64,000 nucleotides of DNA, taken from positions 199,072-263,071 of the forward strand of contig CAWJMB010000003.1 in NCBI GenBank assembly GCA_963843845.1, in the 5' to 3' direction. The first letter of the stretch is position 1. Every line of letters begins with the position of its first letter. Source of the DNA: an uncultured Gemmatimonadaceae bacterium. GTDB lineage: Bacteria > Gemmatimonadota > Gemmatimonadetes > Gemmatimonadales > Gemmatimonadaceae. Under the pieces are notes generated by a model. That model was not told the DNA's origin. It did not search any database and saw only the letters and a program-made list of their open reading frames with translations. Positions 25,612 to 36,931 of this stretch are shown here, piece by piece. The position numbers and the translations under genes were made by a program.

Positions 25612-26087
25612 CGGACGGTGGGGTGCGGAGAGGAGGGGGCCCGCTCGACGATCGACTCGATCAGCGCCGCGGCGCGCAGCAGGGTCTCCTGCTGTGCGCG
25701 CGGCAGCTCGGCGATGCGCGCCGACAGCGTGGCGACGCGCCGCGCGCGTCCGGCGGTGAGCAGGCGGCGTCCGGCGGCGGTCGCGTGGACGCGCGTGACG
25801 CGGCCGTCGGCCGGGTCGGCGGCGCGCGCGACGAGCCCCGCCCCCTCGAGCGCCGCGACGAGCCGCGTCATGGTGGGCGGGCGCACCTGCTCCGCCGCCG
25901 CGAGCTCGCCGAGCGTCAGCGGGCCGCCGAACACGACGACCGAGAGCGCGGAGAGGCGCGGCGCGGAGAGTCCGCTCTGCCCGTCCTGCCGCCGCAGCCA
26001 GCGCAGCAGGTGAACGGCGGCCGAGTGGAGCCGGTCGGCCGTGGGCAGATCGGGCGGTGGTGGCGCGCTTGCGCGGCGGGAGGGCAC
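25608..26087 (-). CDS. MarR-family transcriptional regulator
   Basis: GLSAPRLSALSVV...LGELAAAEQVRPPTMTRLVAALE...DPADGRV...TAAG. Confidence 0.9.
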   Translation of the reverse strand: MPSRRASAPPPPDLPTADRLHSAAVHLLRWLRRQDGQSGLSAPRLSALSVVVFGGPLTLGELAAAEQVRPPTMTRLVAALEGAGLVARAADPADGRVTRVHATAAGRRLLTAGRARRVATLSARIAELPRAQQETLLRAAALIESIVERAPSSPHPTVR

Positions 26088-26108
26088 GATGCAGTATGTG
26101 GCGCGATC

Positions 26109-26123
26109 GTTAGCAACGCTAAC
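26109..26123. promoter_or_regulatory. Palindromic operator, probably for the adjacent MarR
   Basis: GTTAGC-AAC-GCTAAC in the short divergent marR / VOC spacer. Confidence 0.6.
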
Positions 26124-26140
26124 TATTGATCGGAGCGGAC

Positions 26141-26521
26141 ATGCGGATGTCGATCGGGATCGAACGCATCGGGCAGATCGCGGTGCTCGTGCAGGACGTC
26201 GACCGGGCCGTCGCGTTCTACCAGGACGTGCTCGGGCTGCGGCTGCTGTTCCGCGCGCCCCCGGGGCTCGCGTTCTTCGACTGCGGCGGCGTGCGGCTGA
26301 TGCTGAGTGTGCCCGAGGGGGAGAGCGGCGGCACGTCGACGCTGTACTACGTCGTGGCCGACCTCCACGCCGCGCACGAGGCGCTCGTGGCGCGCGGCGC
26401 GACGTTCCTCGGCGCGCCGCACCGCGTCGCGCGGATGCCGGACCACGACCTCTGGATGGCGTTCCTGCGCGACAGCGAGGACAACGTCGTGGGGCTCATG
26501 AGCGAGGTGCCGCCCGCCTAA
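26141..26521 (+). CDS. VOC / glyoxalase family protein
   Basis: IGQIAVLVQDVDRAVAFYQDVLGL, LAFFDCGGVRLML, LWMAFLRDSEDN. Confidence 0.9.
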   Translation: MRMSIGIERIGQIAVLVQDVDRAVAFYQDVLGLRLLFRAPPGLAFFDCGGVRLMLSVPEGESGGTSTLYYVVADLHAAHEALVARGATFLGAPHRVARMPDHDLWMAFLRDSEDNVVGLMSEVPPA

Positions 26522-28247
26522 CGACGCGCCATCATCGAGTCCCGCCGCGACTTGAACTCGGTGCCGGGCTTCCACGCCGGCATCGTCGGCGTCGACGCGA
26601 CGAGGTAGCCGAGGCGGAACAGCGCGCGCAGGTCGTCGACGGCGCCGACGAAGTCCCAGCCGGGCTTCACCTCGTCGCTCGGCGTTGTGGTAGTCGGCGC
26701 CCTCGTAGTCGCTCCGCGCTTGGACCCCGTGCCGGCGGGGGCGCCCAGCGCGTCGATGCCGATCCCGGTGAAGAGCGCGGGGACGCCCTGCTTCGCGAAC
26801 TCGAAGTGGTCGGAGCGGTAGTAGAAGCCCTTCTCCGGCTCCGCGTCCGGCGCGATCGTGCGGCCGTCGCCCGCGAGCACGCCGCGCAGCACGTCGTCGA
26901 GCGTCGAGTTGCCGAGCCCGACGACGATCGATGTCGCGCGTGCGCCCCCACGGGTTGAGCACGTCCATGTTGATGGTCGGCGGCCGTCCTGTTCGAGCGG
27001 GTAGAGCGGGTGCGTGGCGTAGTACTGCGCGCCCAGCAGTCCCTTCTCCTCGGCGGTCACGGCGAGGAAGAGGATCGAGCGCTGCGGCGCGGGCGTCAGG
27101 CGCTGTGAACGCGCGCGCGATCTCGAGCAGCCCCGCCGTGCCCGAGGCGTTGTCGAGCGCGCCGTTGAAGATCTGGTCGCCCCGCCGAGTCGTGTCGCGG
27201 CCGAGGTGGTCCCAGTGCGCGGTGTAGACCACGTACTCGTCCTTGCCGGTCGGTCCCTTCGAGCTTCGCGACGACGTTCTGCGACCGCACTCGGCGCACG
27301 GCGATCTTCACGTCGAAGCGTCGCGGTCGCGTTCAGCGCGACGGGCGGAAGTCCTTGCGCGTCGCCGCCGCCTTGAGCGAGTCGAAGTCCTGCCCCGCGG
27401 CGGCGAGCAGCGCGCGCGCCTTCTCGTTCGCGATCCACCCCTCGACGCCGACGCGCTTCGCCGCGTCCGCGGAGGGGACGTCGAACTGCTCGGCCCTAGC
27501 TCCCCTTGACGACCTCGTACGGGTAGCCGGCGGGGCCGGTCTCGTGGACGATGAGCACCGCGGCGGCGCCCTTCTGCGTCGCGATCTCGTACTTGTAGGT
27601 CCAGCGGCCGTAGTACGTCATCGCCCGGCCCGGAACACGCGGGTCGAGCTCTCGGGTCGCCGGGTCGGCACGGCGGGGTCGTTGACGAGCATGACGAGCG
27701 TCTTGCCGCGCACGTCGACGCCCTTGTAGTCGTCCCAGCCGTACTCGGGGGCGACGACGCCGTAGCCGACGAACACGACGTCGGAGTTCGAGACTTTCGT
27801 GGTGGCCCGGTCGTGGCGCGAGTTCGCCACGTAGTCGTCCGGCCAGGCGAGCGGCATCGAGGTGCCGCCGACGGTGAACGACGCCGTGGGGCGCGACGTG
27901 TAGCCGATCAGGTCGACGTTCTGCACGAACGAGCCGTCGGGGTTGCCAGGGCTGAGGCCCAGCGCCTGGAACTCGCGCGTCAGGTACGCGACCGTCTTCA
28001 CCTCGCCCGCGGTGCCCGGCGCGCGCCCCTCCATCGAGTCCGCAGCGAGCGCCTTCACGTGCGCGAGCAGCGAGTCGGCGCTGATCGCCTGGGCGGCGGT
28101 CGTGACGGCGGCCGGAACGCTCGTGGCGTCGCCGGCGGCAGCCGTATCGGTCGGCGCGCGGTCGCCCGCGGGCCCCGAGCAGGCGGTGATGCCCGCGAGG
28201 AGCGGCGTGCTCGCGAGGAGGATCGATCGTCCGAGAGTGCGGGGCAC
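26518..28247 (-). CDS. M28 family metallopeptidase lipoprotein with PA domain (multiple apparent frameshifts)
   Basis: Lipobox [81 protein letters not shown]. Confidence 0.85.
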
Positions 28248-28384
28248 GGGAGGCGCAGGTTCGAGGAGGAGATCGTGGGTGTCAGAATGAAGTACGGAAC
28301 GCCGTGCGGCGCTCGTGGGCGCCGTGGTGGCCGCCCTGCCGCGGGGCGGAGGAGCGCCGTCGAAGCCGCCGGCGCGCTCGGCGC

Positions 28385-29542
28385 CTACCGCCGGAGGAGG
28401 TTGTCGCGCGAGAGCTGTTCCATCGTCTCGAAGCGCTGCGCCTCGCTCGCCTCGACGTAGACGGTCGTCGTGCGGACGTCTTCGTGGTCGAGCAGCCCCT
28501 GCACGTCGGTGATCGTGTGGCCGTCGGCGAGCGCGTGGTAGGCGATCGCGTGACGGAGCTTGTGCGGCGAGAGCTGCCGAACGATCGTCGGCGAGAGCCC
28601 CGCGCCGCGCGCCGCGAGCACGAGACGGTCCCAGGCGCGCTTGCGCGAGATGACGCGGCCGGTCCACGGGTGCAGGAACAGATACGCGTCGGGGTCGCCT
28701 AACGGTCGGCCTAACGGCGAGGGCGCGTTCGCCTTGCGGCGCTTCACGGCGGCGCGCGGCGTCAGCGTGAGGCGCACGTCGAGCCAGCGCTGCACGTCGC
28801 TCCGGACGACGCCGGCGACGATCTTGCGGCGCGGCTTGTTGCCCTTCACGTACACGGTCATGATCCAGCGCCGCGCGTCGCTCATGTCCAGGTCGCGGAG
28901 CTGGATCCCCCCCGCCGACGAGACGCGCAGGCCGAGGTGGTAGCAGAGACGGAAGATGGCGACGTCGAGCACGTGCAGGTTGCGCTGCCGCTCGGCGTCT
29001 TTCGCGTCGCTCTCCTCGCACATCGCGATCTGCGCCTCCCACCAGTCGAACAGGGTGCGCAGCGGCTCGCGCGCGAGACGCACCGGGTCGGGGCGGATGA
29101 ACTGCGGCGTGCGCATCTGCGCGACCGGCGAGAACGCGACGCGCGGCCGTGTGGGGTCGTCGTCGCGCGGCGTCTCGCGGCACCAGCGGTAGAACGCCTT
29201 CAGCGACGCGAGCTTGCGGGCGGCGGTGCGCGGGCCCCACGTCGCGGTGATGCCGTCGGCGGCCGCGTTCGGGCGGCTCGGATCGCGCAGGCGGTCGCGC
29301 AGCCAGACGCGCACGTCGTCGGCACGGACGTCGAGCATCGACTGCGGGCCTAACGCGATCGCGAACGCGCGGAGGTCGGCGAGGTAGGCGCTGCGCGTGT
29401 TCGGGCGCAGCTCGCGCTCGTAGAGGAACTGGTTGATGAGTCCCGCGTTCGCGCTCGACGGCTGCGGCGCGCCGTCCGCCGGCGGGAGGGCGGCCGGCTG
29501 CACGGGGCGCTTCGTCTTGCGGGCGGGGATGCGGCGCGGCAT
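28385..29542 (-). CDS. Tyrosine recombinase/integrase (XerC/D-like), standalone
   Basis: N-terminal core-binding [10 protein letters not shown]...[16 protein letters not shown]; catalytic residues R (GLRVS), K (KGNK), HxxR (HKLRH), H (LDHED) and Y (TTTVY). Confidence 0.88.
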   Translation of the reverse strand: MPRRIPARKTKRPVQPAALPPADGAPQPSSANAGLINQFLYERELRPNTRSAYLADLRAFAIALGPQSMLDVRADDVRVWLRDRLRDPSRPNAAADGITATWGPRTAARKLASLKAFYRWCRETPRDDDPTRPRVAFSPVAQMRTPQFIRPDPVRLAREPLRTLFDWWEAQIAMCEESDAKDAERQRNLHVLDVAIFRLCYHLGLRVSSAGGIQLRDLDMSDARRWIMTVYVKGNKPRRKIVAGVVRSDVQRWLDVRLTLTPRAAVKRRKANAPSPLGRPLGDPDAYLFLHPWTGRVISRKRAWDRLVLAARGAGLSPTIVRQLSPHKLRHAIAYHALADGHTITDVQGLLDHEDVRTTTVYVEASEAQRFETMEQLSRDNLLRR

Positions 29543-29679
29543 ACGAGCAACGTAGTGCGCTGACGGCTCTCGGACAGACGGCGCGGCCGCGCGCCGGCGC
29601 CTCGGCGGGGAGCGTTAGGCGCGTGGTCGATGCGCGCGCCGCTCGTCGCGGGGAACGCGCTCCACGACCGGCGCGCGCG

Positions 29680-31725
29680 TCACGGCCGCTTCGTCGACGA
29701 GTCGGGGGCCGTCAGGAGCCGCTCGCCCGCCGCGCTCATCCCGGCGACCGCGTCGGCCACCGCGGGAGGCGCCGGTCGCTCCACCCGCCCGCCTAACGCG
29801 CGCGCCAGGAATTCCTCGAGCGCGCGGTTCACGGCGAGCGCCGTGATCTCCTCGTTGAAGCCGTGCCCCTCGTTCGACGCGTAGAGCAGCGTCGTCGGCA
29901 GCCCGCGCTCGCGCCAGGCGCGCAGCACGCGCACCGCCTGGTCGGCGCGGACGCGCGGGTCGTTCGCGCCCTGGAAGAGCAGCAGCGGCGCGCGCGCCGA
30001 GTCGAGGTGATAGAGCGGCGACGCGCGCCGCATCCGCGCGAGGTCGTTCGGCACGTCCGGTCGTCCGACGAACCGGTACCACGACCGCGGCAGGAACGGC
30101 CCCCACGACGGCGGGAACGCGCGGATCAGCGTCTCGAGGTCGACCGGACCGGCGTAGCTGGCCCCGCAGCGAAAGCGCGCCGCGTCGCGCGTGAGACCCA
30201 CGAGCGCCGCGTAGCCGCCGTACGACCCGCCGACGATGCACACGCGCGCCGAGTCGACGGCCCCCGCGCGGACGCCCCATGCCACCGCGTCGAGCAGGTC
30301 GTCCGACATGCGCCCGCCGAACTCGCCGACGGCGCCGTCGACGACCGCGCGTCCGAGCCCCGTCGATCCGCGGAAGTTGACCTGGAGCACCGCGTAGCCG
30401 CGGTTCGCGAGCAGCTGCGTCTCTCCCGAGTAGCCGAGTGATTCGCGCGTCCAGGGGCCGCCGTGCACGACGAGCACGGTCGGCTGCGGTCCCGGCGGGC
30501 CGACCGGGGCGCGTGTCAGCACGAGCGAGAGCGGCAGCCCGTCGCGTGCCCGGAACGGGTGGAACTCGCTCGTCGCGAGCTGCGCGCCGCGCAACGCCGG
30601 GTGCCGCTCGGCGAGCGTCGTGAGGCGGCCGGCCGATCGGTCGAGCAGGACGTAGCGGCCGGGGTCGTTCGACGCGTGCGTGAAGAACAGCAGGCGCGTG
30701 CCGCTCGCGTCGCGGCTCTCGAACTCGACGGCGCGCGCCGTGTCGCGCTGGCCGACGAGGCCGGCCACGAGCGTGTCGAGCTGGGCGTCGGTCGCGCGGT
30801 ACGCCGCCGCCGCCCCGGTGCACTGCTCGCCGAGGAGGCGCTCGTCGTCGCCGAACAGCGGCGTGCCGGCGTCGTAGGGTCCGCAGCGCGAGGCGTGGCT
30901 CGCGCGCACGACGCCCGTCGCGGGGTCGAGCGCACGGAGCATCTCGAACGCGCTCCCGGCGTTGCTGCGGATCCAGACGCGCCGCGGAACGCTGCCACGA
31001 CCGCCCTGCACGCCGACGAGCGCGACGCGGTCGGAGGGGCCGGCGCGATGGACCGTGCGCCACGGGCCGCGCGCCTCGGCGCGCGTCCGCACCTCCAACG
31101 TGCCGTCCGCGAGAATCGCCGACGCGGCGACGACATCGCCGTCGCTCCCTGCGGCGTAGGCGGTGACGTCGCCCGGGTTGCGCGCGAGCATCCGGGCGGC
31201 GCCGGTCGCGAGCGTGACGACGTAGGCGTCGGAGACGCGCGGATCGCGGTGATTCGACGCGACGATCGCGACGTCCGGTCGCCCGACCGGGAGCGCCACG
31301 AGCTCGACCTCGGCGCGCGGAAACGGCGTCAGGTCGACGGCGCGCGCGCCACTCCGTCGAGGGTCGATCCGCAGCAGGTGGTACCCCTCGTCGCCACCGC
31401 GGTCGTGGAGCACGAGCAGCCAGCGCCCGTCGCGCGACCAGCGGACGTTCGACACGGCCTGCGCGCTGTCCGCCCACACCGTGCGCACGCGCCGCCCCGC
31501 GTCGTCGCGCAGCACGACCGCCGTCGTGCCCGCGCTGTCCACTCGCTCGATGAGCGCGATCGTGCGCCCGTTCGGCGCGAGCTGCGCGGTGAGCGCCTGC
31601 GGCTTGGCGCGCAGCTGCACGATCGGAAGGATCGGCGGATCGGTCGTCGGCGACTGCGCGGACGCGACCGTCGACGCCGCGCCGAGGGCGAGCGCGACAC
31701 GAGCGGAGTGAAGGAGCGACGTCAT
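29680..31725 (-). CDS. S9C-type acylaminoacyl/prolyl oligopeptidase
   Basis: Signal peptide, [45 protein letters not shown]. Confidence 0.9.
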   Translation of the reverse strand: MTSLLHSARVALALGAASTVASAQSPTTDPPILPIVQLRAKPQALTAQLAPNGRTIALIERVDSAGTTAVVLRDDAGRRVRTVWADSAQAVSNVRWSRDGRWLLVLHDRGGDEGYHLLRIDPRRSGARAVDLTPFPRAEVELVALPVGRPDVAIVASNHRDPRVSDAYVVTLATGAARMLARNPGDVTAYAAGSDGDVVAASAILADGTLEVRTRAEARGPWRTVHRAGPSDRVALVGVQGGRGSVPRRVWIRSNAGSAFEMLRALDPATGVVRASHASRCGPYDAGTPLFGDDERLLGEQCTGAAAAYRATDAQLDTLVAGLVGQRDTARAVEFESRDASGTRLLFFTHASNDPGRYVLLDRSAGRLTTLAERHPALRGAQLATSEFHPFRARDGLPLSLVLTRAPVGPPGPQPTVLVVHGGPWTRESLGYSGETQLLANRGYAVLQVNFRGSTGLGRAVVDGAVGEFGGRMSDDLLDAVAWGVRAGAVDSARVCIVGGSYGGYAALVGLTRDAARFRCGASYAGPVDLETLIRAFPPSWGPFLPRSWYRFVGRPDVPNDLARMRRASPLYHLDSARAPLLLFQGANDPRVRADQAVRVLRAWRERGLPTTLLYASNEGHGFNEEITALAVNRALEEFLARALGGRVERPAPPAVADAVAGMSAAGERLLTAPDSSTKRP

Positions 31726-32077
31726 GGGTGCGGATCGCGCGTCATGTCCGGGCACAGGCTGGAGCGAATCGGAAGGGGGGCACATCCCGACGGTGCCCAC
31801 ACGCTCTGACACACGATTCGGCCGTCGCGTTACACGCGACGACGCGCCCCGGCGTACGCCGGGGCCGAGCGGGTCGCCGACGCGCCGTCCGCGTGCGACC
31901 CTCTCGCGCCGGTGGAGACCGCGCTGGCCGCGCGAGCGCAGGCGCTCGACGACTGGCGCGGCGAGCGCGCGGACCTGTCACACCCCGCGCGAACGTTCCG
32001 GCGGTTCGCCGGGCTCGCGCCTGCCCGCTACGTCGCGAGCCGCGGCGACGCGGCGCGGGCGAGATGCTCCGTGACGG

Positions 32078-33130
32078 TCACGCCGTGAGCGTCGACATGT
32101 CGATCACGAAGCGATACTTCACGTCGCTCCGCAGCATGCGCTCGTAGGCCTCGTTGATCTGATCCGCGCGGATGACTTCGATGTCGGCGCCGAGCCGGTG
32201 CTCGGCGCAGAAGTCGAGCATCTCCTGCGTCTCGCGGATGCCGCCGATCAGCGACCCCGCCATCCGCTTCCGCTTCACGATGAAGGCGAACGCGTTCGGC
32301 GACGGGTGCGGCTCCGGCGAGCCGCCGAGGAGCACGAGCGTGCCGTCGCGCCGGAGCGTGTCCATGAGCGCGGCGACGTCGTGCGACGCGGAGACGGTGT
32401 CGATGATGACGTCGAGCGAGTTCGCGGCCGCGGCCATCTGCTCCGCGTCCCGCGACACGACGACCGCGTGCGCGCCGAGCCGCCGCGCGTCGTCGCCCTT
32501 GCCCGGCGACGTGGTGAACAGCGTCACCTCGGCGCCCATGGCGCTGGCGAGCTTGACCGCCATGTGTCCGAGGCCGCCGAGTCCGACGACGCCCACGCGC
32601 GTGCCCGGGCCGACGTTCCACTCGCGGAGCGGCGAGTAGGTCGTGATGCCGGCGCAGAGAAGCGGCGCGGCGGCCGCGGGGTCGAGCCCGTCGGGGATGC
32701 GCAGCACGAATCGCTCGTCGACGACGATCGCGTCGGCATAGCCTCCCTGGGTCGGGCGGCCGGTCTCCTTTTCGACGCCGCCGTAGGTGCCGGTCATTCC
32801 ATTCTCGCAGTACTGCTCCAGCGATTCGGCGCACGCGGCGCACGACTGGCAGCTGTCGACCATGCAGCCGACGCCGACGAGATCGCCGGCGCGATACGCG
32901 GTGACGTCGCTCCCGACGGCGACGACGCGGCCCACGATCTCGTGCCCTGGCACCTGCGGGTAGGCGATGCCGCCCCACTCGCCGCGCACGGTGTGCAGAT
33001 CGGAGTGACAGATGCCGCAGAACAGAATCTCGATCTGCACGTCGCGCGCGCCCGGGTCGCGGCGCTCGAAGCGCCAGGGAGCGAGCGGAGCGGTCGCGTC
33101 GTACGCGGCGTAGCCGAGCGTCGGGATCAT
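32078..33130 (-). CDS. NADP-dependent Zn alcohol dehydrogenase (YahK/AdhC-like)
   Basis: CGICHSDLH, PGHEIVG, structural Cys cluster, APLLCAGITTYSPL, GLGGLGHM, DVKYRFVID. Confidence 0.93.
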   Translation of the reverse strand: MIPTLGYAAYDATAPLAPWRFERRDPGARDVQIEILFCGICHSDLHTVRGEWGGIAYPQVPGHEIVGRVVAVGSDVTAYRAGDLVGVGCMVDSCQSCAACAESLEQYCENGMTGTYGGVEKETGRPTQGGYADAIVVDERFVLRIPDGLDPAAAAPLLCAGITTYSPLREWNVGPGTRVGVVGLGGLGHMAVKLASAMGAEVTLFTTSPGKGDDARRLGAHAVVVSRDAEQMAAAANSLDVIIDTVSASHDVAALMDTLRRDGTLVLLGGSPEPHPSPNAFAFIVKRKRMAGSLIGGIRETQEMLDFCAEHRLGADIEVIRADQINEAYERMLRSDVKYRFVIDMSTLTA

Positions 33131-33188
33131 ATCTTGATGGGAGTGAGAGGGGACCCCTCACACTAACGACCTCTCACCCCGAGCGCCG

Positions 33189-34001
33189 ATGCCGTTCTTC
33201 AAGACGACCGCCGAGCCGGCGACCGACATCTACTTCGAGGACAGCGGCGGCGTCGGGCAGGCCGTCGTGCTGATCCACGGCTGGCCGCTGAGCCACCGCA
33301 TGTGGGAGCGCCAGGTCGACGCGCTCACGGGCGCCGGCTACCGCTGCGTCACGTACGACCGACGCGGCTTCGGCGAGTCGGGGAAGGCGACCGGCGGCTA
33401 CGACTACGACACGTTCGCGTCCGACCTCAACGACCTGCTCGTGTCGCAGAACCTGCGCGACGTCGTGCTCGCTGGCTTCTCGATGGGCGGCGGCGAGGTC
33501 GCGCGCTACATCGGCCGCTACGGCGAGAGTCGCGTGGCGAAAGCCGCGCTGTTGGGCGCCGTGACGCCGTTCCTGCTGAAGACGGACGACAACCCCGACG
33601 GCGCGCCGCAGGCGATGTTCGACGGGATGATCGAGGGGGTGCGCACGGACCGCCTGGCCTTCCTCGCCGAGTTCTTCCCGAACTTCTACAACGAGGACAA
33701 GGGCGACCTGATCGCGTTCAGCAAGTGGATCGCGTGGGCGGCGTCGCCGTCGGGCACCCGGGAGTGCATCACGGCGTTCGGCACGACCGACTTCCGACAG
33801 GACCTCGCGAAGTTCACCGTGCCCACGCTGATCGTGCACGGCGACGCGGATCGCATCGTGCCCATCGAGATCTCCGGCGAGAAGTCGCACGAGCTGATCG
33901 AGGGGAGCCGCTACGAGGTCATCAAGAAGGCGCCGCACGGCTTCGCGTCGACGCACGCGGAGATCCTCAACGAGCTGCTGCTGGACTTCCTGAACGGGTG
34001 A
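33189..34001 (+). CDS. Alpha/beta hydrolase, non-heme haloperoxidase/arylesterase family
   Basis: LIHGWPLS, YDRRGFG, GFSMGGGEV, HGDADRIVP, APHG. Confidence 0.9.
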   Translation: MPFFKTTAEPATDIYFEDSGGVGQAVVLIHGWPLSHRMWERQVDALTGAGYRCVTYDRRGFGESGKATGGYDYDTFASDLNDLLVSQNLRDVVLAGFSMGGGEVARYIGRYGESRVAKAALLGAVTPFLLKTDDNPDGAPQAMFDGMIEGVRTDRLAFLAEFFPNFYNEDKGDLIAFSKWIAWAASPSGTRECITAFGTTDFRQDLAKFTVPTLIVHGDADRIVPIEISGEKSHELIEGSRYEVIKKAPHGFASTHAEILNELLLDFLNG

Positions 34002-34074
34002 CCGGGTGGGACGTCGGCGTGGCATCGTGTCTGCCTGGACCGCCGGGTGTGCGCGCTGACGAACTGACGCATCC

Positions 34075-34956
34075 ATGACCGGACCATCGCAGGACCCGAC
34101 GTCGGGCGGCTTCACGCCCCCACACCCTCCCGATCCGCAGGGCGAGCCCGGCAGCGAAGCCAGGCTCACCCCGGACGCCGACCACGGCGAGACGTCGTAC
34201 CGCGGGTGCGGCAAGCTCGTCGACCGAGTCGCGCTCATCACCGGCGCGGACTCCGGGATCGGGCGTGCGGTGGCGCTCGCCTTCGCGCGAGAAGGCGCAG
34301 ACGTCCTGATCTCGTACCTGAACGAGCACGACGACGCGCGCGAGACGCAGCGCCTGGTCGAAGCCGAAGGGCGGCGCGCCGTCATCGTCGCCGGCGACCT
34401 CGGCGAGGAGGCGCACTGCCGGGAGCTGGTGCGCCGCTGCATCGACGAACTCGGGGGCGTCGACGTGCTCGTGAACAACGCCGCGTACCAGACGACCCAC
34501 GACACGATCGGCGAGTTCACGACCGAGGAGTTCGACCGCGCGTACAAGACGAACGTCTACGCCATGTTCTGGCTCTGCCGAGAGGCCGTGCCGCACATGC
34601 GGCGCGGCGCCTCGATCATCAACACGACGTCGGTGCAGGCCTACTCGCCGAGCCCGATGCTGCTGCCGTACGCGTCGACGAAGGCCGCGATCAAGAACTT
34701 CACGCAGGGGCTCGCGCAGATGCTCGCGGAGCGGGGGATCCGCGTGAACGCCGTCGCGCCCGGCCCGGTCTGGACGCCGCTGATTCCCTCGACGATGCCG
34801 ACGGAGCAGGTGCGCACGTTCGGCGAGGACACCCCGATGAAGCGCGCCGCGCAGCCGCGCGAGATGGCGCCGATCTACGTGCTCCTCGCCTCCGACGAGG
34901 GGAGCTACATCACCGGGATGATCTACGGCGCGACCGGCGGCGACCCGATCGGCTGA
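34075..34956 (+). CDS. SDR oxidoreductase (YghA/general stress protein 39-like)
   Basis: DHGETSYRG, ALITGADSGIG, NNA, YASTK, VAPGPVWTPLIP. Confidence 0.92.
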   Translation: MTGPSQDPTSGGFTPPHPPDPQGEPGSEARLTPDADHGETSYRGCGKLVDRVALITGADSGIGRAVALAFAREGADVLISYLNEHDDARETQRLVEAEGRRAVIVAGDLGEEAHCRELVRRCIDELGGVDVLVNNAAYQTTHDTIGEFTTEEFDRAYKTNVYAMFWLCREAVPHMRRGASIINTTSVQAYSPSPMLLPYASTKAAIKNFTQGLAQMLAERGIRVNAVAPGPVWTPLIPSTMPTEQVRTFGEDTPMKRAAQPREMAPIYVLLASDEGSYITGMIYGATGGDPIG

Positions 34957-35087
34957 CGGCCACGGAGGCCGGACCGCGGCGCTTGCGGCGATTCGCGGGG
35001 GCCCGCTATGTAGCGCACGCCGCGACCTGCGGACGGTCCTCGCCGCACTCGACCCGATGACGTGAGCACGTTCGTTCCCATGAGGCC

Positions 35088-35375
35088 ATGACGCCGTCGC
35101 GACCCATCGATCCCCTGCACGGCGTCACCCTCGAGGCGATGATCGAGCACCTGCACGCGCGCTACGGCTGGTCCGGACTGGGCGAGCGCATCGCGATCCG
35201 CTGCTTCACCGACCAGCCGAGCGTCGCGTCGTCGCTCAAGTTCCTGCGTCGGACGCCGTGGGCGCGCACGAAGGTGGAGTCGCTCTACCGGCACTCGGTC
35301 GCGCATCCGCGCAAGAGCGACCGCCCGCTCACGCGCGACCGCGACGTATCGGGCGACACATCCGGCGAGACGTGA
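35088..35375 (+). CDS. VF530/DUF2132 family putative DNA-binding protein
   Basis: DPLHGVTLE...YGWSGLG...CF...PSVASSLKFLRRTPWARTKVE. Confidence 0.88.
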   Translation: MTPSRPIDPLHGVTLEAMIEHLHARYGWSGLGERIAIRCFTDQPSVASSLKFLRRTPWARTKVESLYRHSVAHPRKSDRPLTRDRDVSGDTSGET

Positions 35376-36094
35376 CGCGACGCGTGCGCGCGACGCCGCG
35401 CCACTACGCGGCCGGCCGGGCGTGCTCGCGAGCGCGTTCCTCGTCGATCAACTGACCCAACGTCGTCTCGGCTGACGGTGGCGCGCCCGTCACCCCGAGG
35501 CCGGGGTGTGTGGGCCGACCGAACCGGTACGACCAGCCGCCGCGGCCGCGGCGGCCCACGAGCACGCACACCGGGGAGCCGCCGGCCGCGGGGCCGAGCG
35601 TGACGGGGACCAGGGCGGGCGGCGCGATGGTGCGATGTGTACGGTGTACAGTCGCCGCCGTTCGGCGCGTCATACGCCCGTGGGGCGCGGGCGCCCATCG
35701 GCGCGCACGCGTGCGCTCGCGACGCACGGCTCGACCGCGCGAGTGATCGGGACGGGCCGCTCCGGGAGGGCGAGGCGCGCGAGGGCACGCAGGCGGCGCT
35801 CGCCGCGGCTGGCGCGAGCGGGCGAAGGCCCGGACGAACCCGGGGCGAGCGCGGCGGACGCGCGAGGAGAGCGAGAGGCCATGAGGCCGGCGACGGTCGA
35901 GTGAACGAGCGGGGCGTCGATCGGGCCCGCGTCACGCCAGTGCCGGGCCCACGGAACGAGTTACGACGCGGGCACCGTGGATCTTGAGCGGACGATCGCT
36001 CGGCGATGGTTCGGTGGGTGGCCCTCGTGTGCTCCTCGATGGTCGCGGCGACGTCGGTGGCCGCGCACCAGCGACCGGCCGTCGCGCGGCTGCC

Positions 36095-36931
36095 TCAGGG
36101 GTGACGCTCGGTGCGGCCCCGCGCGACGCGCTCGAGCAGCCCGAGCGCGTTCATGGTGGCGGCGCCCGACGCCGTGTTGTCGAAGATGCACCAGGCGCTC
36201 GCTGCGCCTGCCGCCGCGGTGCGGAGGCGCGTCGCGAGTGCGTCCGCGAGCGCGTCGAGGAAGGGGGCGTCGTACGCCGAGTAGTAGGTGCGCGGCGACC
36301 CGTGAAGTCGGTAGTAGACGGTCCCCGGCCACCCGCCGGGCCGTGCCGCCGCAGGCGCACGCGCCGGGTCGGCCGCGACCCGTGCCACGCGCCACGTGTC
36401 GAGCAGCCGGTCGGCCTCGGCGTCGAACCAGGTCGCGTGGCGCGGCTCGGCAGCGATCGGGCCAGCGTACCGCGCGCGGAGCGCGGCGAAGAACGCCTCG
36501 GCGGTCGTGGGGTCGAAGGCGAGGCTGGGCGGGAGCTGCACGAGCAGACAGCCGAACGCGGGTCCGAGCGCCGCCGGCCCGGCCAGGAACGTGTCGAGCG
36601 CCGGGCCAAGCCCCGAGTCGGCATCGGTGAGGCGGCGCTCGTGCGTGATGGACCGCGGGAGCTTGACCGAGAAGCGGAAGCCGGGCGGGACGGTCACCGC
36701 CCAGCGCGCGTAGGTCGCCGGCCGGTGCGGGCGGTAGAACGACGAGTTGATCTCGACCGCCGGGAATCGGGCGGCGTAGCGCGCGAGGTGCGTCCCCTCC
36801 GCCGGAAAGTGGCGCTGTGCATCGCGCGGAAGGCTCCACCCCGCGCACCCCACGTACGCGGCGGGCGAGTCCGCCGCCGAGTCCGCGGAGTCGGCGCGGA
36901 TGAGCGGCGGTGCGGCGCGGGCGGAGGGCAT
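36095..36931 (-). CDS. DUF72 (YecE-like) protein
   Basis: VGCAGWS, VEINSSFYRP, FRFSVKLP, LVQLPPSL, EPRHATW, YYRLHGSP...YYSAY, WCIFDNTA. Confidence 0.9.
   Translation of the reverse strand: MPSARAAPPLIRADSADSAADSPAAYVGCAGWSLPRDAQRHFPAEGTHLARYAARFPAVEINSSFYRPHRPATYARWAVTVPPGFRFSVKLPRSITHERRLTDADSGLGPALDTFLAGPAALGPAFGCLLVQLPPSLAFDPTTAEAFFAALRARYAGPIAAEPRHATWFDAEADRLLDTWRVARVAADPARAPAAARPGGWPGTVYYRLHGSPRTYYSAYDAPFLDALADALATRLRTAAAGAASAWCIFDNTASGAATMNALGLLERVARGRTERHP

Noticed and set aside
28385-29542. Prophage or integrative element boundary at the recombinase
   Set aside because: No tRNA, att direct repeats, phage or conjugation genes, and no compositional shift in the flanks.
26516-29797. 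Integron (tyrosine recombinase plus GTTRRRY/RYYYAAC core sites)
   Set aside because: The recombinase shows no evident IntI-specific insertion. The core-like heptamers lie mostly inside CDSs, and the only facing pair (29348 / 29614) is about 270 bp apart, too long for attC. There is no cassette array.
35376-36094. Possible small genes or ncRNA between the VF530 and DUF72 genes
   Set aside because: Only low-complexity ORFs without recognisable motifs or a convincing RBS; not supportable.
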